IMG/VR virus record: IMGVR_UViG_3300006751_000124
Span: 1 to 24,828 of that record
Reading direction: 5' to 3' (one strand)
Length of the DNA stretch: 24,828 bases
Origin: a virus
Lineage: Duplodnaviria > Caudoviricetes
The notes under the pieces were generated by a model that was not told the origin of the DNA, did not search any database, and saw only the letters and a program-made list of their open reading frames with translations. Numbering within the stretch: position 1 is the stretch's first letter; every line of letters starts with the position of its first letter. The translations under genes were made by a program, and so were the position numbers. Shown one piece after another: positions 9,156 to 16,613 of the stretch.

Positions 9156-10547
9156 ATGAACAGCAGAGATTTAAACTCTATTAATGAAGCCTTTGTGCAA
9201 GCTACGGCAAAGGTAGTTGCTGAAGATACTATCGAAGAAGCGAGACCACCGATTGGTGCGGCAGCCCGGGAAGGTGATCCAGTGAAACAGAAAACAAAAC
9301 CATGGACTGGTTCTTCGAAAACAAAAAATAGTGGCAAGAAGGCGAACCCCCCCGGTAGGCCAAAGCCAAATGACAAAGAAGAGGATGACGAGATAGAAGA
9401 GGTGAAGGAAGATCTTGGTCCGGATTTTGGTGATGAACAAGATTTTGGTGATCCTTCTCGTCATAGCGGTGACTATTTAGATGATGAGCCATTAGATGTC
9501 GGAGATATAGTAGAGGTTGAGGGTGAAGACGATGACTTCGTAGTTCTTGATCTTGATGGAGAGTACGTGAATTTAGCTGCTGTTAGGGATGCAATTGAAG
9601 TTAAACGATCCTCAGTTGTAAAACGGGAGTCAGTTAAAGTAGAGAAAAAGTTAGTTACATTAAAAGAAAAAAAGAAAGTTATGAAGTATACAGATATAAT
9701 GGATGAGTATGAAAGTCGGCTATCGACAAGCTCTAGAGGATTTTCACTAAAATCTAAACTAAATGAAGAAGATGGAACTTCATTCAAACAACCAGATGAA
9801 GGTGTTGGAGTGAAGGTAGATGACAAGACACAACGCCCAAAAGATGAAGCTAGCGCAGAGGTAGTTGAGGAGCCAACGGAAAATGTAAAGGATGATTTAC
9901 AGGAGCCTAAAGAAGGAGAAGAAAAAAATACCAAAAAAGAAGAGAAAGTTGTAGAGGATAGTATAAATAATTCTAACAAAGGTAATATTATGTCACAAGA
10001 TAAATCAATTTTTGATAAGCTCTATGAGCAAGTTATGAGTGAGGACGATGATTTCGAACTCGGTGTCCCAGGTGATGGACTCGGCGCAGTCGGTGATGAG
10101 CTCGGAGACGAGATCGGAGATGAAGGCGGCGAAGATGTCACTGTAACATTAAGCCCGGATCAAGTCGATGCTCTTAAGGCAGTAGTTGATCAATTTCCAT
10201 CACCGGAAGATGATCTCGGTGGTGAGGATGAATTCGGTGGCGATGAAGAGGAGCCTGAAGAAGGCTTCCGGCGCGAGAGCACTGAAACCGTTGCCGAGGG
10301 AGACGAGCAGTCTACCGGGAAGCCAACTACAGATGGTGCCAAGCCAGGTGTTGATCCTTCCGATGGTGGAGGTAAGTCTACTGATGTTGCAGCTGATAGC
10401 CTAGGTGGTAAGTCATCTGGTACAGGTGATGCAAAGGTTACTGACGATCCTGCCTCAACTGGGAAACCAACTACAGACGGTAGTAAGCCTGGTGTTGCAA
10501 AGAATTCAGGGAAACCTGGTAAGCAGAAAGCTAACGCTAAGATCTAA
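9156..10547 (+). CDS. acidic low-complexity protein; probable prohead core/scaffold or internal head protein
   Basis: 463 aa, very D/E/G/K-rich; late promoter upstream and terminator downstream; several (I/L/V)xE sites of the type cut by T4 gp21; SH3/KOW-like segment LDVGDIVEVEG..FVVLDLDGEYVNL. Confidence 0.55.
   Translation: MNSRDLNSINEAFVQATAKVVAEDTIEEARPPIGAAAREGDPVKQKTKPWTGSSKTKNSGKKANPPGRPKPNDKEEDDEIEEVKEDLGPDFGDEQDFGDPSRHSGDYLDDEPLDVGDIVEVEGEDDDFVVLDLDGEYVNLAAVRDAIEVKRSSVVKRESVKVEKKLVTLKEKKKVMKYTDIMDEYESRLSTSSRGFSLKSKLNEEDGTSFKQPDEGVGVKVDDKTQRPKDEASAEVVEEPTENVKDDLQEPKEGEEKNTKKEEKVVEDSINNSNKGNIMSQDKSIFDKLYEQVMSEDDDFELGVPGDGLGAVGDELGDEIGDEGGEDVTVTLSPDQVDALKAVVDQFPSPEDDLGGEDEFGGDEEEPEEGFRRESTETVAEGDEQSTGKPTTDGAKPGVDPSDGGGKSTDVAADSLGGKSSGTGDAKVTDDPASTGKPTTDGSKPGVAKNSGKPGKQKANAKI
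9962..9992 (+). promoter_or_regulatory. internal late promoter, SD-like site and in-frame ATG
   Basis: TATAAATA (9962-9969)-ATTCTAAC-AAAGG-TAATATT-ATG (9990, in frame with 9156). Confidence 0.55.
10311..10496 (+). repeat. two copies of a 14-aa coding repeat STGKPTTDG(A/S)KPGV
   Basis: Copies at 10311-10352 and 10455-10496; 13 of 14 aa identical, with synonymous divergence. Confidence 0.85.
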
Positions 10548-10573
10548 TACAATTAAAACATAGTACCTTTGAC

Positions 10574-10602
10574 AGCCCCTTGCAGTGCAGGGGGCTTTTT
10601 TT
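10574..10602 (+). terminator. Rho-independent terminator
   Basis: AGCCCCTTGC-agt-GCAGGGGGCT hairpin (one G-U pair) followed by a T-tract, 27 nt after the stop at 10547. Confidence 0.9.
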
Positions 10603-10604
10603 AT

Positions 10605-10610
10605 TAAATA
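10605..10610 (+). promoter_or_regulatory. late promoter core, probably leaderless
   Basis: TAAATA-ATTAAA-ATG 10617, immediately after the terminator. Confidence 0.65.
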
Positions 10611-10616
10611 ATTAAA

Positions 10617-10925
10617 ATGTTATTCACTCGAAAATTTCTTGAAGCTTTAGGTTGTAAGGATTTATATAAATTAAGAGGAAGTACCGGTTCTGGTAGAGCT
10701 CGTCAAAATCTGTTACCTGCTAATAGTCGTGCGAAACCTGAGCCAAATGGTTTAAAAAGCTTAAAGGCATGTCAAACTGGAGTTCGACTTTTAAATGATC
10801 AAGAAGTACAAGAGATAAAACAATTATTTGGAATTACAGATCTCGAAGAGACTGGATCTAGGAATTTAGGTAATACAGGAATAACAATGTATGTTGCAAA
10901 CAATCAATATTATATTAAAAAATAA
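10617..10925 (+). CDS. hypothetical late protein
   Basis: 102 aa ORF with its own promoter; stop overlaps the gp14 start (TAATG). Confidence 0.7.
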   Translation: MLFTRKFLEALGCKDLYKLRGSTGSGRARQNLLPANSRAKPEPNGLKSLKACQTGVRLLNDQEVQEIKQLFGITDLEETGSRNLGNTGITMYVANNQYYIKK

Positions 10926-11677
10926 TGGCATCAGCATGGAGTACAGAGACAGTAACTGCAGTTAATTATCTTAGTGATGCAGAAGATCTTACACGGTTTA
11001 ATAATAAATCGTTAGGTACGAATGAACGTAATCAGACATATAAAAGATGGTGGAAAGAACAAGTAAGGTTATATGGAACCAGTGTTAGTTATTATGTCCG
11101 AAAATTTGATTTAAGTAAGACTGATAAGGTATATGGTGAAAATCCATATCAAGGGTATCAACTACCTCAGACCCTTACTATGTTAGTAGACTTAACGGAC
11201 GGTGCAATAACATACTCTCAATATGGTTTAGTATCTGATGATGAACTGGCAGCTGTAATAGATATTGAAACTTATCAAAAAACTCTTTCTTCTTATTATC
11301 ATACCGCAGGTTATAGTGGCACGCTAAGTGCTATGCCTAACGCAGGAGATGTATTTCAATTAACTGAATACGGTGACGACCGACCAGGAGGGAAAGACGG
11401 TAAAATATTTGAAATTACAGAACGTATGGATCAAATGGTTGGTGAAATTAATCAGCTTCAAGGTCATTATGTATTTAAACTTCGAGCTCGTAGGAACGAT
11501 CATACATTCTTACCAGGGCTACCTGCTGAAGCTAAATCTACTCAAGTTACTGATACATCAGGAGTTGGTCCTTTAACAGCTCTTGAGACTGATTATATTA
11601 ATGATTTAGACACCGAACAGGCGTCGTATTTTAGTGAATATGGTACTAACGACGATGTGTATGGTGATTATTACTAA
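10925..11677 (+). CDS. gp14: neck / head-closure protein, T4 gp14-like
   Basis: EQVRLYG.SV.YY.R, D.VYGEN, YSQYGLVSDDE, PNAGDVF, IFEIT and QLQGHYVFKL. Confidence 0.8.
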   Translation: MASAWSTETVTAVNYLSDAEDLTRFNNKSLGTNERNQTYKRWWKEQVRLYGTSVSYYVRKFDLSKTDKVYGENPYQGYQLPQTLTMLVDLTDGAITYSQYGLVSDDELAAVIDIETYQKTLSSYYHTAGYSGTLSAMPNAGDVFQLTEYGDDRPGGKDGKIFEITERMDQMVGEINQLQGHYVFKLRARRNDHTFLPGLPAEAKSTQVTDTSGVGPLTALETDYINDLDTEQASYFSEYGTNDDVYGDYY

Positions 11678-11882
11678 GTTCATATTCAACGTCCTTTAAA
11701 ACAGAGTGATATCTTTCATTAATATACTTGTTAATAGGAATCGGTTTTAGACAATCTGTTGTATGTTCTATTTTTTCTGCCTTTTCAGCGATAATATTTA
11801 CTGCTTCAAATAAGCACAACCATCTTGCTAGTCGTGAATAGTCGCTTGTTACTGGTGTGTTCTCGGTTGAGTTATTTGTCAT
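11646..11882 (-). CDS. hypothetical protein
   Basis: 78 aa; start overlaps the upstream gene; 3' end overlaps gp14 convergently by 32 bp. Confidence 0.6.
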   Translation of the reverse strand: MTNNSTENTPVTSDYSRLARWLCLFEAVNIIAEKAEKIEHTTDCLKPIPINKYINERYHSVLKDVEYELSNNHHTHRR

Positions 11883-12261
11883 AAATCATTGTAGTTTGTA
11901 GTATGGTGCTAATATCAATTTTTATTTTATTAAGACTATCACACTCTTCACATTTAAATTCGTTTTCGTCGACTAACGTTACATATACATTATTCATTGC
12001 CTTACATCCTTGACATTCAGCTAAAATTCTATTTTGTTCTGCTAATTGAGATAATTGAAGCACTTCCTTTTCAAGATTCAATCGAGCGACATATCTAAGG
12101 ATATTATTATATAAAAAAAAGAATAATAATTGGATTCCGGTTGTTCCTATTACAACCTTTAAGAACGTTGTAAGTGATGGGTAAAATAAAACTGCTATGC
12201 TACTTATTGAGGTTGAGATTAGTAATACAATAAATACACTTTTAATTATCTGTCTCGTCAT
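11872..12261 (-). CDS. two-TM membrane protein with C-terminal zinc ribbon
   Basis: Hydrophobic IIKSVFIVLLISTSISSIAVLFY and VVIGTTGIQLLFFFLY; CQGC...CEEC. Confidence 0.7.
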   Translation of the reverse strand: MTRQIIKSVFIVLLISTSISSIAVLFYPSLTTFLKVVIGTTGIQLLFFFLYNNILRYVARLNLEKEVLQLSQLAEQNRILAECQGCKAMNNVYVTLVDENEFKCEECDSLNKIKIDISTILQTTMIYDK

Positions 12262-12604
12262 GATCTAAATCTTCCGATACAGATTTTATAAGATCTTGAA
12301 TTTTTTGCAACTTTAAAGTCGCGGATTTCACATTTTTTTCATCTAGGTGTACGGAAGGATTTTCGAAGAGCTGACTTATTAACGCATTCGCGTCTGATAT
12401 ACTCTTATAAGCGGCTCCTAGTTGTTCAATTAAGTGATCACCCGGAAATGGAACTAGATTAGCTTTAACTTGATTATACGTATCAGGACTAGCTTTTGCA
12501 ATATCAGCTAACGTTTTTGTAGTTGGTCGAACGTGTCTAGACTTTACGTCTTTCCAGTACTTGTTAGTGTACTTATATAAATCTTCAAAAAGTATGCCTT
12601 TCAT
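12242..12604 (-). CDS. hypothetical helical late protein (start 12604 or 12607)
   Basis: About 120 aa; TAAATA 12616-12611 lies 6 nt before ATG 12604, which favours the second Met. Confidence 0.7.
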   Translation of the reverse strand: MKGILFEDLYKYTNKYWKDVKSRHVRPTTKTLADIAKASPDTYNQVKANLVPFPGDHLIEQLGAAYKSISDANALISQLFENPSVHLDEKNVKSATLKLQKIQDLIKSVSEDLDHDETDN

Positions 12605-12610
12605 CATAAG

Positions 12611-12623
12611 TATTTAATAAATA
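12611..12623. promoter_or_regulatory. back-to-back divergent late promoters
   Basis: TATTTA-A-TAAATA: the (-) core 12616-12611 is 6 nt before ATG 12604; the (+) core 12618-12623 is followed by GTTAC-ATG 12629. Confidence 0.7.
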
Positions 12624-12628
12624 GTTAC

Positions 12629-13045
12629 ATGGGAAAGTTTGAAAATAAATTTTTATCTTTGTTAAAAGAAGATGATATAGCAGGAACTGCACCACCGCCA
12701 CCTCCAGCGGTCGCGGCTGAGCCCGAAGATGATCAGCAATCTTTTGCAAATGCTTTAGATGAACCGGGAAATGCTGTCGATTTTGAAGATGTAATAGATC
12801 AGAATCCCAACGAGCAGGAAGAACTTTCAGACTTACAAGAATGGATTGGTAATATTGACGAAGTATTACAATACCTTAATGGCGGTGTCTCAAGCGTATT
12901 AGGCAAATTAAGAGATGATAATAAAGTAGGTACTATTTTTGCTGATGTATCAGATGCTACAAAAAGTGAAATCTTAGATGTATGTGAAAGATTCGCAAGT
13001 TTAAATCAAATTTTTAAAAACCTTTATATAGAAAAACATAAATAA
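12629..13045 (+). CDS. acidic protein with Pro-run; possible prohead core/internal protein
   Basis: MGKFENKFLSLLKEDD N-terminus, PPPPP linker, acidic middle and helical C-terminus. Confidence 0.6.
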   Translation: MGKFENKFLSLLKEDDIAGTAPPPPPAVAAEPEDDQQSFANALDEPGNAVDFEDVIDQNPNEQEELSDLQEWIGNIDEVLQYLNGGVSSVLGKLRDDNKVGTIFADVSDATKSEILDVCERFASLNQIFKNLYIEKHK

Positions 13046-13055
13046 TTAAAATATT

Positions 13056-13535
13056 ATGGCAACACAAGCAGAATTACAAAAAGCAGTAGACGATACAACA
13101 GCAGTAGCATCGGCAGCCAGGGGTGCCTGGAAAGAAGCGATCCCAAGCGAAGATGCCCCGAAGATGACTGATGACGAACAAGCTGTAGTCGATGATCTTG
13201 AAGCGAAATTTCTTGCTGCTAAAGCCGCTCGTAAAGCCGCGGAGCGTGAACTCGCTGATGCTGTCGCTCAGGCTGCCGCAGATGCTGCCGCCGTTGAGGC
13301 TAGTGAAAAGGCTAAAAAGGAGGCCGAAGAGGCGGCTGCTGCAAAAGCTGCTGCGGACGCTGCTCTTGCGAAAAAAGTTGCTGCTGAGGCTGGTACTCCA
13401 GTTGGTTCATCTGATAAATTTTCGGAGTTAGATAAAAAGTGGATTTTAGAAATTGCTGGGCCTAAGGGATTAACTGATAAAGCGTGGCGTGATGAGATTG
13501 CAGGGCCTCGGCCAGAGGGATGGACGGCGGGTTAA
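13056..13535 (+). CDS. Ala/Glu/Lys-rich coiled-coil protein with tandem C-terminal motif
   Basis: 159 aa; AAAKAAADAALAKK helix; DKxWxxEIAGP twice; TAAATA at 13039-13044 upstream. Confidence 0.75.
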   Translation: MATQAELQKAVDDTTAVASAARGAWKEAIPSEDAPKMTDDEQAVVDDLEAKFLAAKAARKAAERELADAVAQAAADAAAVEASEKAKKEAEEAAAAKAAADAALAKKVAAEAGTPVGSSDKFSELDKKWILEIAGPKGLTDKAWRDEIAGPRPEGWTAG

Positions 13536-14560
13536 ATTCTAGATAGTAATAATTTACCTTTTAATTCGGTATAGCTATTTTTAATTATAAATCGAGATGA
13601 AATTTCATCTCGATTTACTTTTATACATAACTCATTAAAATCTTTAAAATTTAATAATTCCTTAGGCCATATAAAACACTGTTCTCCTTGACCGAGTAAT
13701 GATCGGGTTTTTTCTTTTGCTGTTTCATCACAATATTGATTATCTAATACCCATATTCGTTTATGAAAAGGTTTTTGAATTATTTGTTGTTCTTGTCGTT
13801 TTGTAAAACAAGATCTACCTTTACTAATACCACCTACTGCAACTCCGTTTTTAACAAAAAAACTATCTATTGGACCTTCAAAAACAAACATATAATCTAA
13901 AGTATTTTCTACCTTATCGATATTAAACACAGTCTTGTCGGAGCCTATTTTCGAAAGGTATTTTGGCTTTGTGTCTTTTTTATTTTGTTTTAATTTTCTT
14001 GATTGATAAAATACGATTTTATTACGATCATAAAATGGTATTATTATTCTATTTTTATGTACAAAATCATTTCGACTAAACCATAAAGATTCAGGTTTAT
14101 TAATTGCTGTTAATAGTCTTCTCTCTTTACATGTAACTATAGCATGAGTAACCATTGGTTCATGATTATAAAAACTACATTGAGATTTATCATATAGATT
14201 AATACAATCTCCCGGGAGGGACGAAGGTGGTTTATCAGGAATTAACTTATCTTCTTTTTCAATAGGGACATTAAATACATCTATATCCTTACATTCATTA
14301 ATTATATCAATATAATTTTTACCAGTTACTTCCTGGACCCATTTAACAGGTGATCCAGTCCACCCACAATTATGACAAAAAATATGATCTTCTTTTACTA
14401 TAAAGTAAAGTCTTCTTTTTTTATTCCAAGATTTACCTTCTCTGCAGAGAGGACAGCCTCCTTCGTATACATTAGTTAATTTCTTATACTTAGGATACCC
14501 GGCGTATTGATAAAATTTCTCAACAATATATTCTTGAGGTATTACTTCATTTAGCTTCAT
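13532..14560 (-). CDS. gp61: DNA primase
   Basis: Zn finger CPLC...KKRR...CHNCG, RIIIPFY...YQSR, KYL and TOPRIM FEGPIDS...LDN...KDFNE. Confidence 0.93.
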   Translation of the reverse strand: MKLNEVIPQEYIVEKFYQYAGYPKYKKLTNVYEGGCPLCREGKSWNKKRRLYFIVKEDHIFCHNCGWTGSPVKWVQEVTGKNYIDIINECKDIDVFNVPIEKEDKLIPDKPPSSLPGDCINLYDKSQCSFYNHEPMVTHAIVTCKERRLLTAINKPESLWFSRNDFVHKNRIIIPFYDRNKIVFYQSRKLKQNKKDTKPKYLSKIGSDKTVFNIDKVENTLDYMFVFEGPIDSFFVKNGVAVGGISKGRSCFTKRQEQQIIQKPFHKRIWVLDNQYCDETAKEKTRSLLGQGEQCFIWPKELLNFKDFNELCIKVNRDEISSRFIIKNSYTELKGKLLLSRI

Positions 14561-14738
14561 CTACTGGTCGAACATCAACTATATGCTTTGTAACAAATTG
14601 GCCGGTGTGAGGATCAGTATAATGCGCTTCTGTACGTATCTCATTACCCATTCGAACTTCTCTCATTACAGGGGTAATTGAATTACCCGCAGGTCCCTGA
14701 ATAATATTAGGATTCTTTTTTAATTCTCTGTTTTGCAT
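14547..14738 (-). CDS. hypothetical protein
   Basis: 63 aa filling the gap between rnh and primase, overlapping both; AGAAGG upstream. Confidence 0.65.
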   Translation of the reverse strand: MQNRELKKNPNIIQGPAGNSITPVMREVRMGNEIRTEAHYTDPHTGQFVTKHIVDVRPVDEAK

Positions 14739-15628
14739 TTTTTAATCGCCTTCTTAATAATATTTATTATATTTTCGTTATTATTAAATGACTCTCGCCA
14801 TGAAGAATAGTTTCTCACAATAGACCACATATTTAATTTTTTTGCTTCTTCTATAAATTTATTATAATTACTTTTATTGTTTTTGCAATTATTTAATTGT
14901 TCTTCGTATACAGGTACTTCATCCGGATAATAATCATAACCAATTGACAGATCCATTAATTGTAAATTTCTTTCATAAATGGTTTGTTGCTCTTCTGTTA
15001 ATTTAGTTAAGTCTAATTTTTTAAATCGTGCTAATCCGTATTTAGGTATACCAGGTATATTATCAGATTTATCGCCTGTTACTGCTCTATAGTTTAAATA
15101 TTGATCTTTAGACACACCCGTATATTCTTCAAAATTTTGTAATGTAACTATTTTCTTTTTTATAGGGCTATAAATTTTAGTATCGACGGATATTGTTTGT
15201 AGTAAATCTTTATCGGTTGTTACTATAACATTTTGTCCAGAGAGATGAGATGCTAACCAGGCCATTAAATCATCAGCTTCCATTCTAAGCGGATACATAT
15301 TGTGTACACCTAATAAAGAAATAATTTCTTGTATTTTCTCTGAGTATTCATGTACGTCTTTAAATTTATCATCATCCCTATTCGCTTTATATTCTACAGT
15401 GATAATTTCATTCCTGAAATTAGTAGAAGGCCATTCTAGCTTTTTATCCCAAGTACAATAAATTTCTTTTGATTGAAATTTATCTACATAAGATTTTAAG
15501 GATTGTAAAAATAGAAATACTTGTCCAGGACTGTTTGCTTCGTCTAATTTAAAATTATTAGTCCAGAAAATTCGATATAATAGATTGTTACCGTCTATTA
15601 TAAGATTATTTGCTCCACCATTTTTCAT
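14720..15628 (-). CDS. rnh: T4-type RNase H / 5'-3' exonuclease (FEN family)
   Basis: IIDGNNLLYR, YKANR, EADDL, TTDKDLLQ and GDKSDNIPGI. Confidence 0.92.
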   Translation of the reverse strand: MKNGGANNLIIDGNNLLYRIFWTNNFKLDEANSPGQVFLFLQSLKSYVDKFQSKEIYCTWDKKLEWPSTNFRNEIITVEYKANRDDDKFKDVHEYSEKIQEIISLLGVHNMYPLRMEADDLMAWLASHLSGQNVIVTTDKDLLQTISVDTKIYSPIKKKIVTLQNFEEYTGVSKDQYLNYRAVTGDKSDNIPGIPKYGLARFKKLDLTKLTEEQQTIYERNLQLMDLSIGYDYYPDEVPVYEEQLNNCKNNKSNYNKFIEEAKKLNMWSIVRNYSSWRESFNNNENIINIIKKAIKKCKTEN

Positions 15629-16613
15629 TTTTAATATACCACATTATAGTATATCTTAAATCATCGGCAAATGTTTTTTGAGTTTCAGAAAATTCTAATT
15701 GGGTACCAGCTTGAATCATCATACTTCTATACATTGTGTCTCTTAAACTATATCTAAGATCATGACCTTTTCTGTCTTCAACGTAGCTAATTAACCTTTT
15801 AGGTTTTTTCAAAATCGTCAAAATTATCTCTACAATTTCAATATTAGATATTTCTGAATGGTACTCTGAGTCAGGAGCGAGGTTATATATATTTCCTGCA
15901 TCTCCTTGCAGTAGTACGTTATATATTTTTTCGCAATGGTCTTTAACGTATATCCATTGACGTATGTTATTACCTTTTCCATATACAGGAATTTGTTCAT
16001 CATTATTAGCCTTGTACGCAATAACTGGAATAAATTTTTCGGAATATTGTCTAGGTCCGAAATTATTTGTACATCTTGTTATAATAATATCTTTTTTATA
16101 TGTTTTGTGGAAAGACAGTGCTAGTAAATCTGCTCCAGCTTTTGTTGCGGAATATACAGATGATGGTTCTAATAAATCGTATTCTTCGCTTGGTGAGGAA
16201 TTAAATTGTAGACTACCGTAAACTTCATCTGTACCTACTTGAAGAAATCTAGTGGTGTCAGGTAGTTGTTTTAGTAATTCATATACACCTACATAATTAC
16301 TATCGATAAAAACATCACCATCGGTGATGCTATTATCTACATGAGACTCTGCAGCGAAATTTACAATATAATCATATTCTTTATCTAATTTAAAATCTGA
16401 TATGGTTTCATATACTATATTTAGCTTATTACTATGTCCTGATGTGTGGTAGTATAAGTCATATAAATAATCTTCTGTTTTACGTGATACGCAGTAACTA
16501 TAACTATCTACTATGGTTATCTTACAATTTGTGCATTTATTATAAAGTAGCTCTATAAAGTGACTTCCAATAAAGCCCAAACCACCCGTTACTAATATAT
16601 TTTTATCTTTCAT
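15606..16613 (-). CDS. rmlB: dTDP-glucose 4,6-dehydratase
   Basis: LVTGGLGFIGS, NFAAESHVDNS, TDEVYG, YSATK, NNFGPRQ..EKFIP and DRKGHDLRY. Confidence 0.95.
   Translation of the reverse strand: MKDKNILVTGGLGFIGSHFIELLYNKCTNCKITIVDSYSYCVSRKTEDYLYDLYYHTSGHSNKLNIVYETISDFKLDKEYDYIVNFAAESHVDNSITDGDVFIDSNYVGVYELLKQLPDTTRFLQVGTDEVYGSLQFNSSPSEEYDLLEPSSVYSATKAGADLLALSFHKTYKKDIIITRCTNNFGPRQYSEKFIPVIAYKANNDEQIPVYGKGNNIRQWIYVKDHCEKIYNVLLQGDAGNIYNLAPDSEYHSEISNIEIVEIILTILKKPKRLISYVEDRKGHDLRYSLRDTMYRSMMIQAGTQLEFSETQKTFADDLRYTIMWYIKNEKWWSK

Noticed and set aside
9423-9452. GATTTTGGTGAT direct repeat
   Set aside because: A short coding duplication (DFGD twice) in a low-complexity region; no sign of a separate function.
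9152-10404. ORFs 9152-9376, 9171-9464, 9229-9492, 9473-9979 and 10186-10404
   Set aside because: Shadow or alternative frames of the low-complexity acidic gene.
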